Assembly: GCA_963716145.1 (NCBI GenBank)
Contig: OY970292.1
Span: forward strand, 661,171 to 725,170
DNA: 64,000 nucleotides
From: Candidatus Levyibacteriota bacterium
GTDB lineage: Bacteria > Patescibacteriota > Microgenomatia > Levybacterales > UBA12049
Direction of reading: 5' to 3'
Below the pieces are notes generated by a model. That model had not been told where the DNA came from and did not search any database. It saw nothing but the letters and a program-made list of their open reading frames with translations. Positions 29,982-39,132 of the stretch are shown here, piece by piece. The stretch's first letter is position 1. Each line of letters starts with the position of its first letter. The position numbers and the translations under genes are program-made.

Positions 29982-30397
29982 TGAAAAAGAAAAAATTGCT
30001 GCTCTTTATAACTATATTTATAGTAGGTTTTCTTACTCATGCTTTGTTGTTTCCAAATTTTTTGAGATATACTATTACTGATGTTTCCCAGAAGATTCTA
30101 CCTGACAATAATCAGGCAGAATCAGATAACCCACTTGATCCATTAATTACAAGAATTTACTTTGATGGTAAAAGTTTTTCAAGAAAAAATGTTAATATCG
30201 GATTTACAAGATATATACAAATAATAAACAAAAGCAAGGACTCCTTAATGTCGCTTGAGTCTAATAATCCTGATCTCAGAACTCCCAGAGGATACGGCTT
30301 AGGAGAAGCACTGCAAGCACAGTTTAATAAAAAGGGTGAATTTATAGTTGCTGATAAAAATAATCCTCAAGAAAAACTAATAATCACAGTTAAGTAA
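29981..30397 (+). CDS. Small membrane-anchored protein of the surface-protein locus, hypothetical
   Basis: N-terminal TM LLLFITIFIVGFLTHALLF; 138 aa; start overlaps the upstream stop codon (ATGA). Confidence 0.4.
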   Translation: MKKKKLLLFITIFIVGFLTHALLFPNFLRYTITDVSQKILPDNNQAESDNPLDPLITRIYFDGKSFSRKNVNIGFTRYIQIINKSKDSLMSLESNNPDLRTPRGYGLGEALQAQFNKKGEFIVADKNNPQEKLIITVK

Positions 30398-30457
30398 GGC
30401 TTAACGTTTGCCAAAAAAAACTCCTTCTTGTATAATTCTGGCTACTGCCCCTCATGA

Positions 30458-31072
30458 ATGAAATTTTTATTTGGGGCGAAAATCCCGGCATTAATACTGG
30501 CATTTCTTGCAATTACACAGCTATCTTTTATAAGTGCTTCTTCTGTTTTTGCGGATCAAATACAAAACATGACTGTTTCAGCAGTTGTTCCTCCACGCGT
30601 TTCTGATTTCCAGTTCAGTCTCGATAAGACAGGTGCAAGTAATCCTTCTACAGAAAATGAGCTTTCATATCAAATAACTTATGGTGCATTGGAATCAGCC
30701 GGTATGCCAACAGATACAACTATTGCTGTTTACTTTGGCGATAATATGGATTATGTGGACTATTCAGCAACTGAGGCTTACCGAAGCACCTCACCAATTA
30801 TTGATAAAACTAATAAAACAATTAGCTGGTTAATCCCTTCTTTGCCTAATGGAATGATTAATCAGAAGGTTAAATTCCAGCTCAAACCAAAAACGATCCT
30901 CAATCAGCCAGAAAACTCACTCATTACAGTGAGTGCCAAAATGAATAATCAGTATATAAAGATGCCCGAGCAAACTCTAACAAACCTTTTGGTGATATAT
31001 CTATCAAATTTGAACTATGGTAAGAATAGGAATGAGGTTTTGATATCTGAGCTTTCCCCGCTTTTGAAATAA
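30458..31072 (+). CDS. Secreted protein, hypothetical (last gene of the surface-protein locus)
   Basis: Signal peptide ALILAFLAITQLSFISASSVFA; 204 aa. Confidence 0.4.
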   Translation: MKFLFGAKIPALILAFLAITQLSFISASSVFADQIQNMTVSAVVPPRVSDFQFSLDKTGASNPSTENELSYQITYGALESAGMPTDTTIAVYFGDNMDYVDYSATEAYRSTSPIIDKTNKTISWLIPSLPNGMINQKVKFQLKPKTILNQPENSLITVSAKMNNQYIKMPEQTLTNLLVIYLSNLNYGKNRNEVLISELSPLLK

Positions 31073-31087
31073 TCGCCTACCATTTTG

Positions 31088-31158
31088 TGGACCCGAGGGG
31101 AGTCGAACCCCTGACCCATCCATGCCATGGATGTATGTTACCACTATACCACGGGCCC
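31088..31158 (-). tRNA. tRNA-Ala (anticodon GGC)
   Basis: Minus-strand sequence GGGCCCG-TG-GTAT..; anticodon stem CATCC/GGATG with loop AUGGCAU (anticodon GGC); T-arm AGGGGTTCGACTCCCCT; G3:U70 identity pair present; discriminator A; no encoded CCA. Confidence 0.75.
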
Positions 31159-31278
31159 TTTTTGCGAAGCAAAAAACTGAGAATTTAGAACTAAGAATAA
31201 TATTATACTATAAATTATTCTTTTCTGTTCTTAGTTCAGGGTTCTATGTTCCAAGTTAGTTTCGCACCTTGCGCGAAA

Positions 31279-32415
31279 CTACTGGACGTACCCAAGTGGA
31301 TTTACAGCTCCTCCGTTTTGTCTTATTTCAAAATGAACGTGGGGCCCGGTAGTTCTTCCCGTCATACCAATCTGGCCGATAACTGTTCTTCCTCCTGTCA
31401 CTTGCTGCCCAACTGAAACATTAACTCCGCTCATATGAGCATAATGGCTGACAATCCCAGCACCATTGCTTACGTATATATTATTTCCATATCCACCATC
31501 ATATGTACCTAAATGAACTTCTGTTACCGTACCGCTGTGTGCTGCGACAATTGGAGTTCCAACAGGGGATGTTATATCAACTCCGGGATGATAAAAACTG
31601 AAAAATGTGCTTATTCCACCTCTTACAGGATAAGTAAAACCGCCGCTTGCAACAGGAATAGGGCCTTGTGCTATATATACTTGGCGCTTGATAAATGGCT
31701 GTTCAGACGGCTTAATACCCTCAGGCACTATAAGCATTTGTCCTGACACAAGTGTAAATGTTTCAGCATTGGCAAACTCATTAAAAGGCCAATCTACGAT
31801 GTTCTGCGGATTTGTGTCATATTTTTTGGCGATTGAATATACCGTATCCCCTGGCTCAACTTTATGAGCAACACCGGCAACCGGCAATATTTTGAGAGTG
31901 TCCCCTACATTGAGATAGTCCCCCCTCAAGTCATTGGCCCAGCGGATAGTATTCTCGGATAGCTGATTGTCTTTGGTTGAGAACTTCTTCGCAACCGTTG
32001 ATACTGTGTCCCCTTTCTCAACCGTATAATCAATTACCTTGTCTCTTGGCTTTTCCGAAACCTGGGTTTGAAATACTTCCTCGCCATTTAAAACTGACTG
32101 CTTAGCGCTCGTGGTGCTGGAAAGATCCAAGGCAACAGCTCTTTGCGCAAAAATAGGATATGTGTCAGACAAAAAAGGAGCAATTATAACTCCAGCACCC
32201 AAGAAACCTATTGTGGTTAAATGCAAAAAAGGCCGGTTATAACGGCCTCTTTTCATCAGAAAAAGCTTTACAAGCCTATTCTTATTCTTCTCAAAAGTGA
32301 CAGAAAAGGCGATGAGTTTTTTCCTAAGATAATAAAAGAAAAACTCCAAAAAGTCAGACAGTTCTTTGGAGATTATTTTTCGCAGATGCGTAAAAGGAGA
32401 CAACAATTTTTTCAT
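31279..32415 (-). CDS. LysM-domain M23 family metallopeptidase (cell-wall hydrolase)
   Basis: Two LysM-like segments (YTVEKGDTVSTVAKKF.. ; HKVEPGDTVYSIAKKY..) and a C-terminal M23 signature ..HPGVDITSPVGTPIVAAHSGTV..YAHMS..GQIGMTGRTTGPHVHFEIR..; N-terminal TM. Confidence 0.8.
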   Translation of the reverse strand: MKKLLSPFTHLRKIISKELSDFLEFFFYYLRKKLIAFSVTFEKNKNRLVKLFLMKRGRYNRPFLHLTTIGFLGAGVIIAPFLSDTYPIFAQRAVALDLSSTTSAKQSVLNGEEVFQTQVSEKPRDKVIDYTVEKGDTVSTVAKKFSTKDNQLSENTIRWANDLRGDYLNVGDTLKILPVAGVAHKVEPGDTVYSIAKKYDTNPQNIVDWPFNEFANAETFTLVSGQMLIVPEGIKPSEQPFIKRQVYIAQGPIPVASGGFTYPVRGGISTFFSFYHPGVDITSPVGTPIVAAHSGTVTEVHLGTYDGGYGNNIYVSNGAGIVSHYAHMSGVNVSVGQQVTGGRTVIGQIGMTGRTTGPHVHFEIRQNGGAVNPLGYVQ

Positions 32416-32566
32416 GGGTAAGATGTAACTTTAACAAAAAACTGAGGCCGATGTCAAATCCCCAACCTGAAAATTGGTCAGCAAAGTTAATAAAAATTAA
32501 TCCTCAAACAATTCCCAAATCAATTCTAAATTATATGTAGACTATTGACGTTATTACCTGTTAGTA

Positions 32567-32586
32567 TATGTTAGTATACTAACATA
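32567..32586. promoter_or_regulatory. Perfect 20-nt palindrome TATGTTAGTATACTAACATA (with an adjacent TTAGTATA direct repeat) in the rho-peptidase intergenic region; operator-like
   Basis: Exact inverted symmetry read directly; overlaps a TTGACG-N16-TATGTT promoter-like arrangement on the + strand. Confidence 0.35.
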
Positions 32587-32643
32587 TCGAGGCTGGGGAA
32601 TGATAATATATGAAAAATTAATTGGGAGTTCTTGGAAGTATGA

Positions 32644-34257
32644 TTACTCTCCTTTACCTAGGGTTTCGAGGAATTCGTCGTTTGTCTCTACTTTACCAAG
32701 CCGTTCAACCAAAATTGATGTCCGCTCATTGCCATCTAGCATATCCATCATTCTTCGCATTGTGACTATCTTGTTAAGCTTTTCTGAATCCAGAATTTTT
32801 TCTTCTCCTCTTGTTCCTGAACGCTCGATTCCAATTGCCGGGAAAATGCGTTTTTCGGCAAGGGAACGAACCAGATGAAGCTCCATGTTACCAGTTCCCT
32901 TAAACTCTTCATAAATCAGATCATCCATGCGTGATCCTGTCTCAACCAGTGCTGTGCCGATAATAGTCAAACTACCACCCTCTTGCGCGTTTCTGGCTGC
33001 GCCAAAGAATTTCTTCGCAGGCCATAAAGCCGCCGGATCAAAACCTCCTGAAAGAGTTCTACCGCTTGGATCAACAACCAAATTATACGCACGTGCCAGA
33101 CGTGTGATCGAGTCAAGAAGAACTATAACGTCTTTTCCCAGCTCAACCATTCTTTTGGCACGGTCCAATGTGATCTCGGCCACCCGCGTTTGATTTTCAG
33201 GCGGTTCATCAAAATTACTTGCAACGACCTCACCCTTAACAGACATGCTGATATCAGTTACTTCCTCAGGTCTCTCGCCTATGAGCGCTGCCATCAGATG
33301 AGCGTCAGGAAAATTGGCTGAAATCCCTGCTGCAATTTCTTTAAGAATTGTTGTTTTACCTGCTTTTGGAGGAGAAACGATCATGCCTCGCTGGCCAAAC
33401 CCGATTGGTGCGATCAAATCAATCACACGGGTTGAAAGAGGAGTTTTACCTGTTGAAAGAACTATTTGCCTATCAGGATAAATCGCAGTTAAATCATCAA
33501 AGTGCGGACGCTTCATGGACTCATCTGCCGGGATTTCGTTAACCTTCTCAACCTTTAAAAGTCCATAATAACGCTCTGTATCTTTTGGAGGACGGGCTAC
33601 TCCTTCAACTCTATCTCCAGGTCGCAGCATAAATCTTCTGATTTGAGATTGGGAGATGTAGATATCCCGAGCAGATGGAATGAACTTAGGTCTTAGGAAT
33701 CCATGACCTTCAGGCTGAATATCAAGAAAACCAACAACTACTTCTGTCGGACCCGCTTCGCCGAACCCGCCTTGCCGCGAGGCAGGTCGAGGCGAGCCAT
33801 TCTGAACTTCTCTTTGTGGTGTAAAACGGTTAAAACGGCTTTGTCCATCATTTGTGCGGGGACTTGAGGATTGTTGCGATGAATCATCTCCGCCTATATG
33901 TATACGCCTACCTGCAGAACTGCTGTTCTGCTCTTCTGAAGGTTGTTGAGACTCAACTGGCTCTTTTGAGGAAGAAACTTCTTCCTTAAGAACAGCCACC
34001 TCTTCTACCGCTTCGTCTTGGGTCTCTTGGGCTTTTTCCTTCGGCGTAGTTTTAACCTCTTGTGTTTCTTCAGGTCTAGCGGAGCTAGATCCGGCTTCGC
34101 CGGACTCCATCAAAACCACTTCTTTCTTTTTAGTAGCGGGAGTTTTCTTCTTAGCGGGTTTACCAATAAGTTCATCTACTGCAATTTCCTCGGATTTAAC
34201 CTCGGTTTTGTCTGAGGCTTTTGCTACGGTTTTGTCTTGGGTTTTTTTAGTCGCCAT
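32644..34257 (-). CDS. rho: Transcription termination factor Rho (with extended low-complexity N-terminal region)
   Basis: Walker A ..PPKAGKTTILKEIA.., ..IGERPEEVTD.., ..VIVLLDSITRLARAYN.. and a C-terminus typical of Rho; N-terminal Lys/Glu/Ser-rich insertion. Confidence 0.9.
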   Translation of the reverse strand: MATKKTQDKTVAKASDKTEVKSEEIAVDELIGKPAKKKTPATKKKEVVLMESGEAGSSSARPEETQEVKTTPKEKAQETQDEAVEEVAVLKEEVSSSKEPVESQQPSEEQNSSSAGRRIHIGGDDSSQQSSSPRTNDGQSRFNRFTPQREVQNGSPRPASRQGGFGEAGPTEVVVGFLDIQPEGHGFLRPKFIPSARDIYISQSQIRRFMLRPGDRVEGVARPPKDTERYYGLLKVEKVNEIPADESMKRPHFDDLTAIYPDRQIVLSTGKTPLSTRVIDLIAPIGFGQRGMIVSPPKAGKTTILKEIAAGISANFPDAHLMAALIGERPEEVTDISMSVKGEVVASNFDEPPENQTRVAEITLDRAKRMVELGKDVIVLLDSITRLARAYNLVVDPSGRTLSGGFDPAALWPAKKFFGAARNAQEGGSLTIIGTALVETGSRMDDLIYEEFKGTGNMELHLVRSLAEKRIFPAIGIERSGTRGEEKILDSEKLNKIVTMRRMMDMLDGNERTSILVERLGKVETNDEFLETLGKGE

Positions 34258-34496
34258 AAAATATATGAATTAAATTAATTAAGGAATTCTTTGTTGTTGG
34301 CATTTAAGATAAGTTTTCGATATTATTTTACAGTAGAATTTTGAAACGCGAATCTACGGGATTGGTTACAGAAGATAATCACTTGTAACCAGACGTATTA
34401 CACCATATATTCGCCGCTTTGTCAACAATCAAAACTGTTTCAACACTCTTACATTGGCGTAGTTTTGCGTACGATTTTGCGTAGTTCTGCGATTTA

Positions 34497-34895
34497 CTAG
34501 TCAAGGAGTGTAGGGAGAGAAAATTTGGTAATAGATTCTCCCAGAAATACATACGTCACAGCATTTAAAATTATAAATGCGGAAAGCGATATCACAAGGC
34601 CGATGATAGCGGCACGTATATGAGCCCTCGCTGCGTCGATCTTGGCCTTATCTCCACCCGAAGAAATATACCTAATTCCCCCATACACAAGATAAATGAG
34701 GGTCAGAGATATAGCCAATATAATTAGAACGGAGACAATATTGCCAACCACTCCCCCTGCCTTGTCTGCTTTTAGCGCGCAGAGACTGGAAAATTCCGTT
34801 CCCGTAGGACACAGGTCTGCATAAGCTATCCGTGTTTGGAATAATAAAACTAAAAAAGTACTTAATGATAAAAATGAGCGGTATAGTTTTTTCAT
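34497..34895 (-). CDS. Small secreted two-TM protein, TrbC/VirB2-type conjugative pilin-like
   Basis: Signal peptide followed by two hydrophobic helices separated by a short polar loop (..VSVLIILAISLTLIYLVYGGIRYISSGGDKAK..AAIIGLVISLSAFIILNAV..); 132 aa; architecture of T4SS pilins. Confidence 0.4.
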   Translation of the reverse strand: MKKLYRSFLSLSTFLVLLFQTRIAYADLCPTGTEFSSLCALKADKAGGVVGNIVSVLIILAISLTLIYLVYGGIRYISSGGDKAKIDAARAHIRAAIIGLVISLSAFIILNAVTYVFLGESITKFSLPTLLD

Positions 34896-35045
34896 TGTCT
34901 ATATCTATAGTAGCCTTATAAAAAACCACTTGTCAAGGAGTCCAACTAACTTTATGACGAAGACCCGCCGATAATCGCAGCATGAACCGCGCTACGAATA
35001 GTAGGTAAGACGAATGCTAAGATATGGCTGGGTCAATGTCCCTCT

Positions 35046-35075
35046 TGACAAGGTCCTATAATGTATGCTATAGTT
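35046..35075 (+). promoter_or_regulatory. Putative promoter TTGACA-N18-TATAGT upstream of the ATAAC element and the 35190 gene
   Basis: Hexamers read directly. Confidence 0.3.
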
Positions 35076-35080
35076 CTCCA

Positions 35081-35179
35081 ACTGATAACTAATAACAGAT
35101 AACAAGTTATGACGACTGATAACTCATAACAAATAACAATAACGAAATGTTATCAGTTATAAGTAATCAGTTATAAGTT
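35081..35179. promoter_or_regulatory. ATAAC/GTTAT heptad-array element (two tandem units) immediately upstream of the 35190 start codon
   Basis: actgataactaataacagataac...ctgataactcataacaaataacaataac...gttatcagttataagtaatcagttataagtt; homologous to 12930-12994 and 39071-39132. Confidence 0.5.
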
Positions 35180-35189
35180 TAACCAACCT

Positions 35190-36062
35190 ATGAATAAATC
35201 AATACTTAAAGTCTCAGTAACAGCTCTTACTCTTCTTGCTCTTTCAGCAGGAGTCTCTTTTGCAGCTTCTACTAACTATGGTACAAATCAATGCCAGCCT
35301 ATCTATGGTGGTGGAGAATCATGTGTTAAGACTCCTCAGTTTGAGATCAATAAAACTGTAAAGAATCCTCAAAGCGGTGCTTTTGTTGATAACCTTGGAG
35401 TATCTGACGCAAAGTACAGAAGTGGTGAAACAGTTATCTTTAAGATCACTGTCAGAAATACAACAGGTGATACCCTTAAAAATGTTGTAGTTAAAGATAT
35501 CCTGCCTGATTTTGTAGACTTTGTTGAAGGTATGGGTGGAACATTTGATCAGAATTCAAAAACCTTAACAATCAAGATTGACTCCCTGGCAAAGGATGAA
35601 TCACGCGACTTTTTCGTTAAAGTTAAAGTAAGAGGAAATGATAAGCTCCCAAGTGACCAGAACATAGTCTGTGTTGTTAACCAATCTATTATTACAGTAG
35701 ACAACAAAACAGGACAAGATAATGCATCAGTTTGTATTGAGAAAGGTGTTCCAACACCTACTCCTACAAACCCTGGTAACCCTAACAATCCGGATCAGCC
35801 AAGCAATCCTAGCAACCCTAGCAACCCAACACAGCCTGGTAATCCAAGCAATCCAACAAATCCTGGTAATCCAACTACAACTAAAGGTGGATTCCCAACC
35901 AATCCCGCTACAGTTAACCCACCAACAACTAAAGGAGGATTGCCTGTCTATCCACCAACCAAAGCAACAAAAACACCTGATACAGGACCAGAAAGCTTAG
36001 CTTTGTTTGGACTGATACCTAGTGCAATTGGGGGAATGTTCCTCAGACGGAAGAGTAAATAA
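35190..36062 (+). CDS. Secreted surface protein with Pro-rich wall-spanning linker and C-terminal sorting-signal-like tripartite motif
   Basis: Signal peptide; PTPTPTNPGNPNNPDQPSNPSNPSNPTQPGNPSNPTNPGNP linker; C-terminal ..KTPDTGPESLALFGLIPSAIGGMFLRRKSK (polar motif, hydrophobic segment, basic tail) as in sortase or archaeosortase substrates, but the motif is not canonical LPXTG. Confidence 0.5.
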   Translation: MNKSILKVSVTALTLLALSAGVSFAASTNYGTNQCQPIYGGGESCVKTPQFEINKTVKNPQSGAFVDNLGVSDAKYRSGETVIFKITVRNTTGDTLKNVVVKDILPDFVDFVEGMGGTFDQNSKTLTIKIDSLAKDESRDFFVKVKVRGNDKLPSDQNIVCVVNQSIITVDNKTGQDNASVCIEKGVPTPTPTNPGNPNNPDQPSNPSNPSNPTQPGNPSNPTNPGNPTTTKGGFPTNPATVNPPTTKGGLPVYPPTKATKTPDTGPESLALFGLIPSAIGGMFLRRKSK

Positions 36063-36174
36063 GCTCCGAATTCTCAATTCTCAATTTACAATTTTCATTG
36101 AATGCTTCAATGTTTAAATTTTCAAAATCGTGTCATTGTAATTTGATTGAAAACTGAAAATTAAAAATTGAAAA
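36063..36174. repeat. AT-rich palindromic terminator-like element (gaaaattgaaaa family) between convergent stops
   Basis: caattttcattgaat...tttgattgaaaactgaaaattaaaaattgaaaatta; same subfamily as 12010-12124. Confidence 0.55.
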
Positions 36175-38484
36175 TTAGCCTTCCACCTTCTTCATATACC
36201 TAGTCCGTGAATTCTGTATCACCTTTTCCCTGTTCTGGGTTACTGACTGAGGCAATGGAAGCGTATATGCAAGGAAAGGAGCCTGGGTGATACTATCAAT
36301 CGCCAGCTTCACAATAGCCTGATAATTTCCAAGTGCGAGCAAATCTTCCTCTTTGAATCTCTCGGTAAATTCCCTTGCCATATAGCCTGCATCCTCAGCC
36401 CCCACCAAAAATGAAGCCATTGTGCCCGCGTTTCCGAAGATCGCGCCTCTGACCTCCTGCGGAATTTGGGAAATATATTGGTTGGCCAGAATCAGGTTCA
36501 AACGGTATTTACGGGCTTCCGACAGAATTTTGATAAAACTGGTAGTTGCGAAATTCTGGAACTCATCAACATATAGATAAAAATCCCGCCGGTCTTTTTC
36601 GGCCAAAGAAACCCTATTCATGGCAGCAAGTTGGATTTTGGTGATAAACATCGCGCCCAAGAGGGCTGAGTTGTCCTCCCCTAGCCTCCCCTGCGAAAGG
36701 TTTAATAAAAGAATCTTCCCTTCATTCATGATTTTTTCGATATCGATTGTGGATTTGGGATTTTGGATAATGTTTCTGATAAAACGGCTAGATATAAACT
36801 GCCCTACTTTATTTAGAATTGGTGAGATCGACTCAGCTCTGAGCTTGTCGGTCATATTGGCAAACTCATTTTCCCAAAAGCTTTTCAAAATCGCGTCATC
36901 TATGTGAGTCATCGCGTTTTTGCGAAAAGCTTCATTCGTCAGCATTTCAGGCACCATCAGAAGTGTTGGATTGGGCAGCCTGACAACAGTCATAAGTGTA
37001 TTACGCAAAATATACTCAAGTCTAGGTCCCCATGACTCTCCATATATCTTATGGAAAGTGGCCACAATTCCCGATACAACAAGTTCCATTTGATATGAAT
37101 CTGTCACCTCAATCGGGTTGAGAGAGAACGCATGGGTCAAATCCGATGGGTCAAGATAGATCACATCGTTAATCCTATAGGACGGTATGTAGTCCAAAAT
37201 CGTCTCACATAAATCTCCGTGCGGATCTATGATACACATCCCCTTGCGGTTACGAATATCGCTTATCGCGAGATTGGCAATAAGGGTGGACTTACCTGTT
37301 CCTGTTTTTCCGATTATGTACATATGGCGTCTTCTGTCTGATGCTTTGATCCCAAAGGTTGTCATTCTGTTCTTGAACTCAGTCCTGGCAAAAAAATTGA
37401 TTTCCGATTTCTCATCAGTTGATAAGCCTTCACTGATCGGAAGCTTTTCAGGAGGCTCGGAAAGTATAGTCTTGTGCCAAGAAATGTTGTGGATTTTGGC
37501 AAGCTTGTCGGTTGGGAAATGAAACATTGTGGCTATTTCCTGAATGTTGAAGATCTGTCTAGGCATGAAAAAACGTGACCTTTTAAGCATGGCCTTGATC
37601 AGCCTCTCCCTCTGCCAGAGAAAAACACGCCTGAAAATGAGGCTGTTGCCGGTCGGGTTGTTGTATGAAGAAAAGCTGTTGGCTATTTGGCGTATCAGAT
37701 GCTCTGAGCGTTCTGGTGTTTCTGAGTTGACGGCGATTCTTATGGCTGTTTTAAAGCCATTTGCCGCTATCTTTTCCATAATCACCTTGGAATATGGGTT
37801 GGCGTGCTCAACGCCTGCCGCATCGGCTCGCTTGCCAGCCGCACGCTCTCCCTTTGCCTGCCAGCCGTTATCAATCGGTCTGAGTAAAAATTGTATACTA
37901 ATTTTATCGGTTGGCTGGGACTTAGAAAGCAGACCCAGAACTGAGGCTAGGGAGTCAACATCCTTAAATTCGGTGAAAGTACGGATCGGATAAAGCGGAT
38001 CCGCGGTAAGTTTCATCTGTCCGACATAGAGCGTGTTCTTCGATGCTGGATCTTGGGTCTTGGTTCTTGGAATACCGCTCTCCGAAGATCCATGATCTAA
38101 GACCCTTGATCTGGCAAGGTTCTCCGAAGAACTAAAATCTAAGACCTTTAATCCAAGCACTTCCGGCAGATAATCCTTCACCTTGGTGATCAGAGCCTTG
38201 GGATAAACAGCCACGATTTGCCCTTCTATAAAGGTCTGGTACTTGCTGGGAACTGAGACGAAAAAATGAATAGCCTGATCAATCACGCCCAACTCAAGGC
38301 TGATAGGAACTCCCAAGCCCCAAAAGGGCAAAATCAGCCTCTTCAGGCTGGCAATTGAGGCCAGGAACTGCACCATGGACTCAGGCGTCTCCTCGCCTGT
38401 CCGGGAAGTCCGGACATCCAAAAGGACACGGTCCGAGACTAAATCCCCAGATTTAGATTTCTTATTTAACAATTTATTGACCAT
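36175..38484 (-). CDS. P-loop ATPase of the TrwB/TraD/VirD4-VirB4 (type IV secretion, AAA_10/DUF87-like) superfamily
   Basis: ..MYIIGKTGTGKSTLIANLAISDIRNRKGMCIIDPHGDL.. closely parallels TrwB-type GATGTGKS...IVDPNGD. Walker B ..FYLYVDEFQNF.. and ..ARKYRLNLILANQ.. are also present. No N-terminal TM helices are seen, which is unusual for a T4SS coupling protein. Confidence 0.55.
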   Translation of the reverse strand: MVNKLLNKKSKSGDLVSDRVLLDVRTSRTGEETPESMVQFLASIASLKRLILPFWGLGVPISLELGVIDQAIHFFVSVPSKYQTFIEGQIVAVYPKALITKVKDYLPEVLGLKVLDFSSSENLARSRVLDHGSSESGIPRTKTQDPASKNTLYVGQMKLTADPLYPIRTFTEFKDVDSLASVLGLLSKSQPTDKISIQFLLRPIDNGWQAKGERAAGKRADAAGVEHANPYSKVIMEKIAANGFKTAIRIAVNSETPERSEHLIRQIANSFSSYNNPTGNSLIFRRVFLWQRERLIKAMLKRSRFFMPRQIFNIQEIATMFHFPTDKLAKIHNISWHKTILSEPPEKLPISEGLSTDEKSEINFFARTEFKNRMTTFGIKASDRRRHMYIIGKTGTGKSTLIANLAISDIRNRKGMCIIDPHGDLCETILDYIPSYRINDVIYLDPSDLTHAFSLNPIEVTDSYQMELVVSGIVATFHKIYGESWGPRLEYILRNTLMTVVRLPNPTLLMVPEMLTNEAFRKNAMTHIDDAILKSFWENEFANMTDKLRAESISPILNKVGQFISSRFIRNIIQNPKSTIDIEKIMNEGKILLLNLSQGRLGEDNSALLGAMFITKIQLAAMNRVSLAEKDRRDFYLYVDEFQNFATTSFIKILSEARKYRLNLILANQYISQIPQEVRGAIFGNAGTMASFLVGAEDAGYMAREFTERFKEEDLLALGNYQAIVKLAIDSITQAPFLAYTLPLPQSVTQNREKVIQNSRTRYMKKVEG

Positions 38485-38884
38485 ATTTATATATTATCAT
38501 TGTTCTTTGTCTGCACAAAGAACCAAAAACTAAGCGGTATCCCGCCCGTTCGCTGCGTAATGCATGAAAAATCTTATGAGCGCATCAGGGGGATTCCTCG
38601 GCAGAGCAAAGCTATGATCGAGGAGGGGGTGAAATCACCCGATAAGTGAAGAAGATTTCGAAAGCATGGAGCGAGACTAGGGCGCAGTTTTGCTGCCAAA
38701 AGTGTGAAAAAAGAGTTTGTCTCCGCAAAAGAACAGAGAAAAAATTATTAAAAAAATTTTGCATTTTGACTTTTAAGTTTTGAATTGAAGCTCGAATTTT
38801 GCGTTGTATACAAATATAGTACCAGAGTCGGGAATTTTCTCCAAGTGATTAAATTATTTATACGCTATAGGCTGAAATTGCCAC

Positions 38885-38913
38885 TTGACAAATGTAATAA
38901 AATTTGATACTAT
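38885..38913 (+). promoter_or_regulatory. Strong sigma70-like promoter TTGACA-N17-TACTAT with extended -10 TG, reading into non-coding sequence
   Basis: ttgaca aatgtaataaaatttga tactat read directly; no ORF follows for >300 nt. Confidence 0.4.
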
Positions 38914-39070
38914 AAGTCGCTTTCTTTTTAAAAGCCCGTTTTGTGCCCGTAAGCCAAAACCAGCTCAAAAAGTCAGCACGTATCTGTAAGGTATAGTTCG
39001 GATTTTACTGAACTCTGCTTTGCAGAGGCACTTTAACAAGGCACACAAGAATTTAGTCGCAGACGCTCAG

Positions 39071-39132
39071 ACTGATAACTAATGACAAATAACAGATAAC
39101 TGTTATGAGTTATAAGTAATAAGTTATGAGTT
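39071..39132. promoter_or_regulatory. Third copy of the ATAAC/GTTAT heptad-array element, at the left edge of the high-GC island
   Basis: actgataactaatgacaaataacagataactgttatgagttataagtaataagttatgagtt. Confidence 0.45.

Noticed and set aside
32600-32878. 92-aa plus-strand ORF downstream of the 20-nt palindrome.
   Set aside because: It is antisense to the 3' end of rho, and its Ser/Arg-rich composition is typical of a shadow ORF.
38490-38535. Twister-ribozyme-like fragment (taAGCGGtaTCCCGCCCG..GCG).
   Set aside because: The conserved twister core stretches and the pseudoknot partners could not be identified.
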